64,000 bases of DNA from an uncultured candidate division Zixibacteria bacterium (GTDB taxonomy: Bacteria > Zixibacteria > MSB-5A5 > GN15 > FEB-12). Within the stretch, counting starts at the first letter, position 1, and each line of letters begins with the position of its first letter. The notes beneath the pieces were generated by a model. It ran no database searches. It saw only the letters and a program-made list of their open reading frames with translations, and had not been told where the DNA came from. The stretch lies in contig CAWDXE010000006.1 of the NCBI GenBank assembly GCA_963806185.1, positions 175,024 through 239,023 of the forward strand, in the 5' to 3' direction. This document shows positions 13,401 to 22,453 of the stretch, one piece after another. Both the position numbers and the translations under genes were made by a program.

Positions 13401-13593
13401 TCTGCATGATGGGTGTTGTGGCGTCGACGTCGGTTGCCGTGTCGGCCACGGTGAGGGTCAACCCTTCGTTGATCGACTGTGGGCCGATCGGGTTGAGCAC
13501 GGGAGGAGCGGTTTGCGCTCCCGCAGTCATCGCGAACGCCGCGACGATCAGAAGTACCAGCAAACTCAAGCGTGTATTCATAAGGTAAGTCAT
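4492..13593 (-). CDS. 3033-aa secreted protein with ~30 tandem ~93-aa putative Ig/cadherin-like repeats and C-terminal dockerin
   Basis: Signal peptide; repeat consensus NQDPILAAIGA..NEN..L.F.VSASD.D.TTPTLTTSALPTGA.F.DN.NGTGTFNWTP.F.QAG.YSVTFYA.DG.ATDSEVVAITV; C-term RGDIDNNSRYTMNDMAYLISYLF...ADVDNDGSVNILDVTYLINFLY. Start could be 13581. Confidence 0.92.
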   Translation of the reverse strand: MTYLMNTRLSLLVLLIVAAFAMTAGAQTAPPVLNPIGPQSINEGLTLTVADTATDVDATTPIMQTGPLPANASWVDHGDGTGTLTFTPDFTQAGIVNVIFIALDPVTSDADSETVAITVNNVNQDPILAAIGAQNVNENVALNFGVSASDPDATTPTLTTSALPTGAGFTDNGNGTGTFNWTPDFTQAGGYSVTFYATDGTATDSEVVAITVNNVNQDPVLAAIGAKSVNENVNLNFGVSASDPDATTPTLTTSALPTGAGFTDNGNGTGTFNWTPTFAQAGPYSVTFYASDGTATDSEVVAITVNNVNQDPILAAIGAQNVNENVALNFGVTASDPDATTPTLTTSALPTGAGFTDNGNGTGTFNWTPTFAQAGGFSVTFYATDGTATDSEVVAITVNNVNQDPILAAIGAKGGAEGALLTFGITASDADGTTPTLTTSALPTGAGFVDNGNGTGTFNWTPDFTQAGGYSVTFYATDGTATDSEVVAITISGSNQAPVLAAIGAQSVNENVNLNFGVSAADADATTPSLTTSALPTGAGFTDNGNGTGTFNWTPTFAQAGPYSVTFYASDGTATDSEVVAITVNNVNQDPVLAAIGAKNGAEGSLLTFVTSASDPDGTTPSFTSSTLPTGATYIDNANGTATFSWTPDFTQAGGYSVTFRGTDGVATDSEVVSITISGTNQAPVLAAIGAKSVNENANLNFGVSASDPDATTPTLTTSALPTGAGFTDNANGTGTFNWTPTLAQAGPYNVTFYATDGTVTDSEVVAITVNNVNQDPVLAAIGAKNVNENVNLNFGVSASDPDATTPTLTTSALPSGASFVDNANGTGTFNWTPTFAQSGPYSVTFYASDGTATDSEVVAITVNNVNQDPILAAIGAKGGVEGALLTFGITASDADGTTPTLTTSALPTGAGFVDNANGTGTFTWTPDFTQAGGYSVTFYATDGTATDSEVVAITISTTNLAPILAAIGAKSVNENVNLNFGVSASDADATTPTLTTSALPSGASFIDNANGTGTFNWTPTFAQAGGYSVTFYASDGIATDSEVVAITVNNVNQDPILAAIGAQNINENVNLNFNVTAADADGTTPSFTTSTLPSGATFIDNGNGTGTFNWTPTFAQAGSFNVTFRATDGTATDSEVVAITVNNVNQDPVLAAIGAKGGLEGALLTFGVTAADADGTTPSFTTSTLPTGAAFLDNGNGTGTFSWTPDFTQSGVYPVTFRATDGVATDSEVVTITIAGTNLDPVLAAIGAKNVNENVNLNFGVSASDPDATTPTLTTSALPSGASFVDNANGTGTFNWTPTFAQSGSFNVTFYASDGIATDSEIVAITVNNVNQDPILAAIGAKGGVEGALLTFGITASDADGTTPTLTTSALPTGAGFVDNANGTGTFTWTPDFTQAGGYSVTFYATDGTATDSEVVAITISTTNLAPILAAIGAKSVNENVNLNFGVSASDADATTPTLTTSALPSGASFIDNANGTGTFNWTPTFAQAGGYSVTFYASDGIATDSEVVAITVNNVNQDPILAAIGAQSISENTNLNFGVSANDPDGNSPVLTTSALPTGATFIDNANGTGTFNWTPGFTQAGGYSVTFYASDGTVTDSEVVAITVSNTNQLPVLAAIGGKAINEGVNLAFTITAADADGVIPTLTSTAVPTGATFIDNGDGTGTFNWTPDFTQSGGYSVTFYASDGVATDSEVVAISVLDAGNQAPILAAIGNQTVSENVALNFAVSAADPELTPLTLTTSTLPANAGFVDNGDGTGSFAFNPDFTQAGVYTVTFIATDAGLAADSETITITVTDLNRNPVLAAIGAQSTTENTLLTFSTSASDPDGTTPTLTTSTLPAGAVYTDNGNGTGSFSWTPNFTQAGFHTVRFYASDGITADSEDVVITVLEAGNQPPVFATRADTSIAEGAVLSFSVSATDPDGGIPSLTIENSPTNVAFVDNGNGTGTFTFSPDFTQAGLYPIRFIATDASLGADSIVVNVTVLNTNRLPVLFPIGPYTTTEGAALSFDITAADQDGVMPVLSTSTRPSGANFADHLNGTGTLSWTPGFTQAGVYNVTFYATDGQYPADIDSEIVVITVAEAGNQRPVLALIGNRAGVEGGLLTFNVTAADPDGTLPTFSASPLPTNATFTNNGNGTATFVFSPDFNQEGSFLLTFVATDGVLADSELVQITIFPSGNVPPIFTVVADTLVNEGDSLILNVSASDPDAPTVAPRLSVSTTLLHYTFVDHNDGTGTLTYKPGYFDAGIDTVRFFAIDYGTPIQTGVEIVQVTTNDVNRPPTFAAAGPFGVKVNDPLVFTLTAYDSTDAVAGNRIFLSAVNMPTGATFTDNGDNTGTFRFTPTAGQAGTNVVNFLAVDQGVPSKSTLIAINVVVKTVNLPPVLAAIGTKAVTEGQSLVVNVSGSDPDDGAPVLRTGALPANATFVDNLNGTAVFTFNPSFTQAGLYAVTFEAYDGFAVDKEVVFIQVIEAGNQTPVFDSIPASPAITEGQTGLFRIKVHDPDGGTVTMSLLEIVPAALITFADSGNGLGTFYMAPNYLQAGSYTITIRATDGTVADTIDIVLTIVEAGNQPPVLANITDKSVRELNALNFNISATDVDATNYPLLTANPLPAGATFTDNRNGTGTFSWAPTDTDSGFYQVFFKAEDFDVAGVADSQLVNISVLDTNRAPVIITYGARTMFEGDTLIYLVNAFDFDGTIPKIRARLDGVTDSLATNMSIADSGNGSALLRFIPSYSQGAVSPGTFYYVRFYAKDGADSSIVQDALAPVQIAVLDRNALPIVTVAGGEGTKTIAEGVTLSFVVSATDPDGGATLPTLSAQNMPVGATFVGTTNVKTFSFTPTFSQAGIYTVRFIAVDSKAARDTAIIQIDVTEAGNQAPVFSTVLADTTNCPANVITNVVARAADPDLQTLTMTATPIVTNAGFVDSLNGTGNYIFLPDNAQIGLVSQIRIIATDPGGLADTATTVIRVVAFLRGDIDNNSRYTMNDMAYLISYLFRQGPEPVTMVAADVDNDGSVNILDVTYLINFLYFNGPQPPR
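9007..10968. repeat. Near-identical ~570-bp intragenic direct repeat (9007..9573 vs 10402..10968) within a 279-bp tandem array
   Basis: Offset 1395 = 5 x 279; antisense ORFs 9107..9382 and 10502..10777 have identical translations. Confidence 0.85.
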
Positions 13594-13605
13594 CCTCCCA
13601 GTCCT

Positions 13606-16375
13606 CTATTTCAGGAAAAGCATCTTCTTAGTTTGGTTGTCGTCACCAACCTGCAAGCGGTACAGATAAAGCCCGGTGGCGACCCGACGCCCGGCGTCGG
13701 AAGTAGCATCCCAGGAAACCTTATAATCGCCCGGCGCGCGGGTGTCGTCAACGAGCGTTTTCACATGTTGGCCCAGGACGTTGAATATTTCGAGCTTCGT
13801 CTTTTTGAAAGCCTCGTTCGATACCGGCACCGAGAATTCAATAATGGTGGTCGGATTAAACGGATTGGGGTAGTTCTGGCGAAGCAGGAAGCTGATCGGG
13901 AGCACCGGATCGACGCCCTTGGACGGTGATGGAGCCGGCCGTGGCAGTCGACAGGAGCGCTTGGGTCAGGCGGATGGCAGAGCGGTCGCCGGCGCGAAAG
14001 TCCTTTTTCGCGGTCATCGGGATTTCGACCAGATCGGCCAGTCCGGGCTGTAGTAACTCATTGTAGCGGAACGGCTTCATGTGGTAAATGAGCACCTTCA
14101 TGCGGCCGCCGCCGTTGTCTTTATAGTTGATGGTGAATTTCTCGTTAAATGCCGTGAGCTTGGGAGCACCGAGCGTCACGGTTTCGGGATCATACTCAAC
14201 CTCGAGCTGAACCCCGGCTACCTGATCGGGCAATTCGGAGCGAACTGCCATGGTCTCGGAGGAGCCGGACGAAAGATCGTCGTAGGCCAGTGACATAACG
14301 GCCACGTCGGTCGGGCTCGGCTGCGGCGGTGCCGGATTGATCGGCAGGCCGTAGATCAGATTGATGTCGGCCACGAGGTCGAAGACGTCGATGTTCGAAT
14401 CAACAATGATATCGGCAGTACGGAACTGACGGAAAGTGAGGTCGAAGGTCGCGATGATCTTGGCGACGATGTTCACCAGATCGGCGACGTCAATGAACTT
14501 ATCGAGGTTAACGTCGCCCGGGTTGTCGCACTCGACGACGCCGGAGTCGGTGACCAGCTCGACCGATCCGAAATTCGGATTGGGGTTGATCGAACCGCGT
14601 CCGTTCTTGAGGCCGAGCCAGTAGGTGGTCCACGGCACGGCGCTGGAATCGAGCGTCAGCCAGGCGTACATCACGGCCGTGCCGGAGGCGGAATCGACGC
14701 CGACCGGTTCATTGTTGAGGCCGAACGACAGCACCCGAACTTCACCGGGGGTGACGCCCAGATTGTCGTACACAATGTACTCAGGCACGCGGCCGCTCAC
14801 GGTAAAGGAATCGACGCTCACTTGCTGATACGGCCAGGCCAGGTCAAACTGGATGCCGTAGAATGTTTTGTCAGTGACCAGGTTGATGGGCCATTTGACT
14901 TCCGGCGTGCCGCGCAGTCCGCCGACCGGCTTCTGGCCGGGGGCGGAAACTGAGAAGAGGCGATCGCGGGCAGTCTGGTTAACAATGACGGTAACCGAAC
15001 GTGTCGCGGTACTGGTCGTGGTCGCCTGGAAGGTCAGGGCAAAAGTGCCGGACTGATTGAAGTCAGGCGTGAAGCTGCAGGTACCGGTTACCTGAGTTGT
15101 GCCGACCACCGGATTTGTTGGTGAAAAATTGGCGTTATTCGGCGGCGAAACCATCGACAAGGTGATACTCTGCCCGGATGAACCGGCCGTTCCTATTACC
15201 GAGAACGAGACCGTCTGGCCTTGATCGATGGTATAGCTGACATCGGTCGGGTTGAAGGAGATTGACGGTCCGCCCGGAGTCACACCGCTGATGGTCACCT
15301 GGGCCTGGTCGGTGGCGGTCTTGGTCGCCTTATAGGCAGTGATAGTGAAAGTCGTGGTGGTCGTGATTTGAGGCGACGTAGTACTACCGGTTAAGGCAGT
15401 AAACTTGGGTCGATATGAAGCAAATTGCGGCGATGTTATCACTACCGAGTCTATATTCGTCGCCACCCATTGGAGGGATGTCGTGCCATTAGAGGCCACC
15501 TCGCTCGGATTGGCGATGAGGTCGACGGTCGGGTCGGGGACGTCGACATAGGCGGTGTCAACTTTGAAGCCGCCGTTGATTTGCGTCGGCCAGACCTGAT
15601 AGGAAGTGGCGACATACTGGGTGTCGACCACCAGAGGCGAGAGGCTGGTTGTGTCCTCGATAAATGTCAGCGAATCGAACCAGAGGGTACTTAGCTGAGA
15701 GCGACGGCAGCCGACAATGACCGTGTCCAAAATACCGTCAGCGGGGTGATTTGTGTCGGCCACATAGAATTCGTTAGCCTGATAGAACGTAATAGCGGTA
15801 GCCGCATTGTGGAAGACCTTGCCGGCGTGACCCAATTCCTTGACTTTGAACTTCACCGAAAACAGGTTATCAGAACCTCCGGGCAGACTGTCGATCTTGC
15901 CGAAGGGGAGGAAGTTACAGGCGATAACGTCCTTCATACCTTGATAATCGGAGATAACGAGATTGTAGAAGGTGTCGATGGAAATCGGAAAGCCGAAATC
16001 ATCGAGCACAGAATCAATGGTTTTCGGAAAGCGAGCCGACGTGACGGTGTAGTCGACGAAGTTGGAGTCGATCTCCCATTCCAAACAGGCGTTGGTGAGT
16101 GGATCCTTGTTGATACACACCGAATCCTTCTTGTATGCCGGTGTGAGAAACGCCGTGTCGAACTTCACGAGGACCTGAAATCCGGCCGTCACCGAATCAG
16201 CATCGTAGAAGATCGGCATGCGAGCGGTATCGCCCGGCTTTCCAAGGAACGGGACGACTTTGACGAAGTCGTTCGGGCTGGGCGTAATACTGCCGCAGCC
16301 CAACTGCGCCTGTACCCCCGAGGCCCAGAGGACCAGAACCATCAGAAGAAACAGCGGAATTTTCATCAATCTCAT
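13606..16375 (-). CDS. Secreted scaffoldin-like protein (cohesin-like domains, Ig, dockerin, FlgD-Ig/T9SS-like C-terminal domain); one frameshift near 13917
   Basis: ORF 13856..16387 joins ORF 13606..13905 if one base of the C-run at 13916-13918 is removed (..VQG-VDPVLPISFLLRQNYPNPFNP); PGDVNLDKFIDVADLV dockerin; VAGVQLEVEYDP cohesin-like motif. Confidence 0.8.
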
Positions 16376-16426
16376 GGTCACCCTCATCTATTCTCAGCAG
16401 AACTTTGCTATGATAAACTCCTGTCC

Positions 16427-18880
16427 CTACTTCACCATCGCCATCTTGCGCGTGAGTGAGACGCCGGTTGCTTCCAATCGATACAGATAGATTCCCGAGG
16501 CGGCGGCATTGCCGCGGCTGTCATGGCCGTCCCAGCGGATCGTGTGCGTGCCCGCCGGAAGGTCGTTGTCAACAAGTGTCCGGACCTCCTGCCCGAGAAG
16601 ATTGTAGATAGCCAGACGAGTGTGTCCGGCTGCCGGCAGGGCGAATTCTATCTGAGTTTCCGGGTTAAACGGATTCGGATAATTCTGGCTCAGCGCATAC
16701 TCGGAGGGGAGCGACGCCGCGTCGGACGGCTTTGTCACCGAGACGTACTGACCATCAGCCGAGGCCAGATCGGCGATCTGCACCCGGCTGGTGGTCAAGT
16801 TTCGTATCGCAAAGAGATCAGAGCGGCCGGCGGAGATTGTCTCACCGGACAGGGAGTACAGCAGCACGTTGACTGTGTGATCATCAATGAAGGTCACCAT
16901 GGTCATCTGCGGCTGCAGATTCTCGACGTCGTCAAGCGCGACGGCGCGATCGATTTCGAGGGAGAGAAACAGGCCGCCGACAGTGAAGTCGGCATCGGCG
17001 GAAAACAGCTGCCGACCCGACGCTTGGCTGGTGGTGAGGCTCGCGTGCAGTTCCTGGCCGGAGATGCGGGCCGCGCTCGTACCGTTGACCAGTGTATTGA
17101 TCATGAAGATCAGATCGGAAATGGTAGCGGCGATGTTGTCCTGGTTCACGTCAGAATTGGCATACTGGAGAGCGTTGAAGCCGTACAGAGCCGGATTGAT
17201 GAAGTAGTTCGTAAAATAGATGACATCGCCGATCTCGGAGGCCAGGCCGTTCAGATTGATATCGCCAATCTTGATGTTGCCAATCGAGCGGATCTGTACC
17301 GAGCCGTCGACGAAAACGACGTCATTGTCGTTTATGGCGGCATCAATCGAGTCGTACAATACATTCATACCGCTCAGGTCAAGGTAGCCGAAGCGGATCG
17401 GCACGTTGTAACCGGCGTAAGCCAGATTGCTGGTGGCATGGAAAGTAAGCTTGACGACAGCGCCGTCACCGGCCGCCAAGGCCGGGGTTACCGGAGCCAC
17501 CGGCAGATTCGCCGTACCAACAATGCGAAGGTCACCGGGAATGCTCTGGGCATTGTTGACCACCGAGAAGTACTCGAAGTATTCCGAGCGAGTCCCGGCG
17601 TTGGTGTAGCCGGCCAAAGAGATAGCGGTCGGATCATACCGAAGGATCAGGTCAAAGCCGCCGACCTTCAGTTCGTTTTTCAGACCGACGTTAACCGTGG
17701 CGTTTTCATTCGGATAGGCGCTGGTCGTGTCGATCCTGATCGTGTACAGCGTGGTGGCATTGACCCGCACGACCACCTGGGCGGTGTCGGAGAAGCCCTG
17801 AGGATCAGCGGCGACGAACGTGAGTGTCTGCGTGCCGGAGTCGGTCACGGCGGTCGACCAGGAGCAGGTGCCCGGGTTTTTCGAATCGAAGGACATACCG
17901 GCCGGCGCACCGCTGAGTGTCCAGGCAACGGATTCGAAATCGGGATCGACAGCACTCACGGCAAATTCGCGCCTGGGTACCGGCTACGACCGCCACGTTG
18001 CCGGGAGCGGTAATCTGCGGGCTGCGGTTGCGATTGAGAACCGTTACTTTGATTTCCTTCTGCACCGCGGACGTACCGTCGGAAGCCCAGAACTTCAGGG
18101 TGAACGGCGAACCGTCGGCCGAGCTGGGGCCGACATACTCAGGCATCCAGCTGAAGCGACCGACGCCGTTGGCGGAATCTATAAATGTCGCTCCCAGCGG
18201 TTTGGACGGGAGCGCCAGTGTGAGTCTTGTTGCCGTCGGGATCAGTGGCAACGACGCGCAGTTTGAGCGAGTCTCCTTCGAGAATGGATTGGTCGGAAAG
18301 GGCGGCAAATTCCGGCGCCTGATTGGGGCCGGCGACGACCACTTTTCCGAGCACGAATTTCGGACGCACGCTCTGTGCGGTGGTCGCTTCGGCCATGAGC
18401 AGTTCGCCACCGGGCGGATAGAACAGCGAATCAATCGTCAGAATCGAGCCGATGGTGGCGGTGGCCGAGACGGTAAACTGAGCGGTGAAAGATGAGTCCG
18501 TCGCCCGTAGGGATGGCTGCCTCCTGAATGCGGATCACCGCGACGACGAAATGGCCGTTGATCTGGCTGATGGTCGACGGCGTGGTCAGCTTGTTGATGA
18601 TGTAGTCGACACGGGAGCCGGAGAACGAAATCGCCTTCAGGGTCAGGTTGGCCGGATCATACACCAGCGGAATCGACAGCGAGCCCAGCGACTCATCGTT
18701 TTTGAGTCGCACACCAATGGTCACATCCTGCCCGCGACCGGCCTTGACGGAATCGAGGTAGACGACGTCTAGCGCGCCAAACGGATCGGACTGTGCAAAA
18801 ACCGAACAGCACAGCAGTCCGCAAAGGACGATCGCGAAGAGGAAAGTGAGTCGATGTGTTGTCTTCACTCGTTGTACCAT
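16427..18880 (-). CDS. Secreted cohesin/Ig/dockerin protein with FlgD-Ig/T9SS-like C-terminal domain; several frameshifts (~18490, ~18370, ~18220, ~17970)
   Basis: Fragments 18431..18946, 18139..18396, 17805..18434 and 16427..17959 form one coherent protein; signal peptide, cohesin-like VGGFDLILRYDP, dockerin GDINLNGLASEIGD, C-term LSQNYPNPFNPETQIEFALP...GIYLYRL...RKMAMVK. Confidence 0.75.
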
Positions 18881-19390
18881 AGTTGAACAGATGTCAAACA
18901 CGTGGTCTGCCACCAGAGGTGGAGCAAGAATCAGACCAGAACTCAATTGCCGAGCGCAGACGACGTCAACCGGGTCAGGTTACACGCCCCCCGCTGCGAC
19001 ACCGTTCCGTGGAGTCGATCGACATCCCTGTAATTTCAGAACCGGCAGATACTTACAGACTACAGAGCAATTTCTCTACAGAACACAGTATCAGTATGGC
19101 GGAAGATCTTCCTTCGACTATAAGACAAGTACAAGGGTGAGGTATACATCATCAAAACTTCAAACAACCTGCAATCGGCGGCAGGGCGCAACGCCTTGCA
19201 TAAAGGTCTCACCGACAACGCCACAATATAACAAAAAAAGATGACCATGGGGAGCGAAATTTTAGTTGATTTTCCCGCATCTAGTCACCTGACAATGTTT
19301 TAGTCCTCTGTCGAGTTTACATTCTTTAGCAATTATAGGCCCGCGGTTTCTCCTATCTGCTTCATGTTCCCAAGATCGTCCGGAACCTCG

Positions 19391-19425
19391 AAAGAAAACC
19401 CCGGGAGGGATAAACCTCCCGGGGT
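19391..19425 (-). terminator. Rho-independent terminator
   Basis: Stem ACCCCGGGAGG/CCTCCCGGGGT plus A-rich tract, downstream of the 19441 stop. Confidence 0.85.
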
Positions 19426-19440
19426 AATGTCTGTCGAAAA

Positions 19441-22086
19441 TTACTTCAACAGTACGGCCTTCTTAGTGGCAGAGAATTCACCAGCCGTGAGCTTGTAGAA
19501 ATACACGCCCGAGGCAAGGCCAGTCGCGTCGAACTCGCGTTCCACGATACCAGCGTTAGCAGTACCGGAGAGGTCGGCAACCTTCTGACCAGCAACGTTG
19601 TAGATGGTCAGGGTGTAGTCGCCAGCTTTCGGCAGAGCGAAGCTGATGGTGGTCGTCGGGTTGAACGGGTTCGGATAGTTCTGGTTCAGGCTGTAGGCCT
19701 TCGGCAGTTCAACTACCTTCGCCACGCCGCCATTGACGGTACCGAATTCTTTCGAGATCACGTTTCCGTTGACCTGGAGGAATTCGCCCGAGAAGGACTG
19801 GAAGTGGTTGAGGCTTTCAAACGCCGGATAAACCAGGACGTTAGTGTTGGTGCCGTCGAATTCGGAGATCATGGTCATGTTATTGGCCAGGAGCTTCACA
19901 TCGGCAGCGCCTGCAATCACGAGAGCCGCAGCACCCATCTCAGCATCAACCGAGAGAGTACCGTGGTTGTTCGTGAAGACGACCGAGGTCACGTTGGTCT
20001 TGTCATACGGGGCAGCGTCGCCGACGATGACACGGATCAAGTAAACAAGGTCACCAACAGAGAGCGGAATACCGTCAGCATTGACGTCGGAAGCAGCGAT
20101 GGCACCCTGCGTCGCATAGGTCGGCGGGATGCAAAGCGGGCAATCCGGCGGGAAGGCAGCCAGACCCTTGATGAAGTACTGGGTGAACATGACGGCATCA
20201 GCAATTTCGTATGCCAGACCGTTGAGGTTGATATCACCACGAGCGTCGATGGAGTCGGCGCATTCGATGTCAATACCACCGTTCGTGAACCATACCGCAC
20301 GAACCGGTTTGCCCTTCACGGTACCTTCGTCGCATATGGCCTGAGCGCCAAGATACGTCGGGAACCCGAAGTTGATGTTCTGAATGGATCCATAGTCAAC
20401 AACCGTCGTGTCAAATTCAAACACGCCACTTGAGATAAACAGCGTGTGACCGTCTTCGCTCGACAGGGTGTTGTCGGTGCAATCGATCCAGAAGAACCGA
20501 ATCGGCACATAGGCACATTCATACGTCCGGTTATTGCTAACCAGGAAGCGCAGGGTGGCCAGAGTGATCGGTGTAACTTCGACGCCGCAGTCAGGATGAT
20601 TAGCACCGTTGTTGGTCTCGGCAATACCAACCACACGGACGAGGCCGCTCGGGCAGCCGCCGTTGCAGTTGCCATTGGCACCGAAACGATAGGTGAAGTA
20701 TTCCCAGCCACAACCAGGAATGGAATCAGTGTCCTGATTGTAGAGGTCTCCTTCGAACGCCTTCTGGAAGGACAGCGCCGAGTTGTCATACGCTACCAGG
20801 ATGTCAAAACCGCCGAGGCCGAAGCCGGAGTCGGTGTTGGCACTGTTCAGCGTAATATCAACATCGTAGAACTGACCCTGGAACGCGTGGTGTACTTTCT
20901 CAATCTGAACCTGGTACGGGGCACCCTGCTGTACGTTGAACGTGACCTGACAGGAATCTGTCTTGTCGCCGTCCGTTACATACACCCACACGGTCTGGGA
21001 AGGAACTTCTGTCACGATCGGGACATAAGTCACAACGCCAGTGAGCGGGTCGATAACGATCGAGTCAAGAGTGTTGGCACCAAGCGAGAAGGTGAGAACG
21101 TCGCAATCGTCAGTCGCGTTAACATCCTGGGCAGCCGGCGAGCCGACAGTAGCGGTCTTCGGGCCCGGGCAAGCGATCACCGGACCAAGATTGGAGGCCA
21201 CAATGTTCACTGTGCAGGTAGGGCCTTGACCACCGGCATCGGCAGCCGCAACCACGAGAGTGTAGTTCCCAGTGGCCAGATTGGGGGCTTCCCACAAACC
21301 GGAACTGGCGTTAATAGTCCCCGGACCGCTCACCAGCACGAACGTATACGGATCGAGGTCCGGATCAGCGGCATTGAAGTCATACGAGAAAGCAGTGCAA
21401 TGCGTATGATCAATGGTCGTCACGCAGTTCGTGATGCTCGGACGGAGGTTCGGAGCATTCCACAGGAATATGCACTTCTTGCCACTCCAGGTCGGAACGA
21501 CCGCATCACCCGAGCCACCACCATAAAGAACAGCCCACTTCCAAACGTTGGTCGGCGGGAACTTCATGGAAGAGTCGATACAGATGGTCTTGTTCGAGTC
21601 GGCCAGCTTCGTCTGAATCAGGATCGAGAAGTTACGAACCGAGGTGTGGGGCGTAAAGGCAAAACCCACATCGGCACCGGCACCGGCGAAACTGACCGTA
21701 TCCGGGCTGATACCATCAGCTCGCACCGGAGCACCCGACGGAGTCGAGAAGGTACGCAGCTGATAAAGGGTCGGGAACAGGGCCTTGGACAGCAAGCCGG
21801 TAGTGTCAATACCGAACGGACCCAAGTTGGCCCCGTGGAAGTTACCAAAGGCCGAATCAGTCCAGGTCGCGCCATCGGGCGAAGTGATGATAAAGGCGTT
21901 GGTAATGTTAAACCCAGAATCGGAATCATTAATGTACTTGATATGGAATTTCAACACGGAACCAGCCTGGATAGTATCGTTGCCGATGAGCGGTTCCACA
22001 CCGTCCAACGCGATTCCAGTGGCTGCCATGCCCTGCCCAAAACAAAGAGCAAGAAGAATGACGAGGAAAAATGAAATTCGCTTCAT
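19441..22086 (-). CDS. Secreted protein with Ig, cohesin-like, dockerin and T9SS-like C-terminal domains
   Basis: 881 aa; signal peptide; LGGFDILVAYDNSAL cohesin-like; RGDINLNGLAYEIADAV/SDVNADGIPLSVGDLV dockerin; LNQNYPNPFNPTTTISFALP...SGVYFYKL...KKAVLLK. Confidence 0.9.
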   Translation of the reverse strand: MKRISFFLVILLALCFGQGMAATGIALDGVEPLIGNDTIQAGSVLKFHIKYINDSDSGFNITNAFIITSPDGATWTDSAFGNFHGANLGPFGIDTTGLLSKALFPTLYQLRTFSTPSGAPVRADGISPDTVSFAGAGADVGFAFTPHTSVRNFSILIQTKLADSNKTICIDSSMKFPPTNVWKWAVLYGGGSGDAVVPTWSGKKCIFLWNAPNLRPSITNCVTTIDHTHCTAFSYDFNAADPDLDPYTFVLVSGPGTINASSGLWEAPNLATGNYTLVVAAADAGGQGPTCTVNIVASNLGPVIACPGPKTATVGSPAAQDVNATDDCDVLTFSLGANTLDSIVIDPLTGVVTYVPIVTEVPSQTVWVYVTDGDKTDSCQVTFNVQQGAPYQVQIEKVHHAFQGQFYDVDITLNSANTDSGFGLGGFDILVAYDNSALSFQKAFEGDLYNQDTDSIPGCGWEYFTYRFGANGNCNGGCPSGLVRVVGIAETNNGANHPDCGVEVTPITLATLRFLVSNNRTYECAYVPIRFFWIDCTDNTLSSEDGHTLFISSGVFEFDTTVVDYGSIQNINFGFPTYLGAQAICDEGTVKGKPVRAVWFTNGGIDIECADSIDARGDINLNGLAYEIADAVMFTQYFIKGLAAFPPDCPLCIPPTYATQGAIAASDVNADGIPLSVGDLVYLIRVIVGDAAPYDKTNVTSVVFTNNHGTLSVDAEMGAAALVIAGAADVKLLANNMTMISEFDGTNTNVLVYPAFESLNHFQSFSGEFLQVNGNVISKEFGTVNGGVAKVVELPKAYSLNQNYPNPFNPTTTISFALPKAGDYTLTIYNVAGQKVADLSGTANAGIVEREFDATGLASGVYFYKLTAGEFSATKKAVLLK

Positions 22087-22453
22087 TTTTGTCTCCTAAA
22101 GACTTCGTTAACAATTGACAAACAGTGTATCGCTAAACACCTCTCTTGTGTACTTCCCCCTCAGGTTCCGAAGCGTATTCGGGAAGAATGAGAGCCAACA
22201 AATCCTTACCCAAGGACAATCTTCGGCTTGAGAACAGGTGTTTCGCGTCTTTGTCTGAGCGCGTGCAATAAACCTCTTACGAACGTCCTCCTTTCCATCG
22301 TCTATCAGTTTACTTGTTTCCTAAGCAGCGCATTATTCATGCGACTTATTTCATTCTGACATTTCAACGCTATGGTCGGTCTGTTCAGATCGTATTGGAG
22401 GTCGGTTATCATCCGATCCAAACAGACCGACCGGGTCGCGCCCGTCAGGGCGC

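Noticed and set aside
7900..13500. Regular tandem repeats as a possible CRISPR or non-coding array
   Set aside because: Units are 279 bp, in frame and protein-coding; no repeat-spacer structure or cas genes
374..22074. Long plus-strand ORFs (374..1141, 4474..5790, 5890..7008, 16523..18013, 20446..22074 etc.)
   Set aside because: Antisense shadows of well-supported minus-strand genes; no motifs or RBS support
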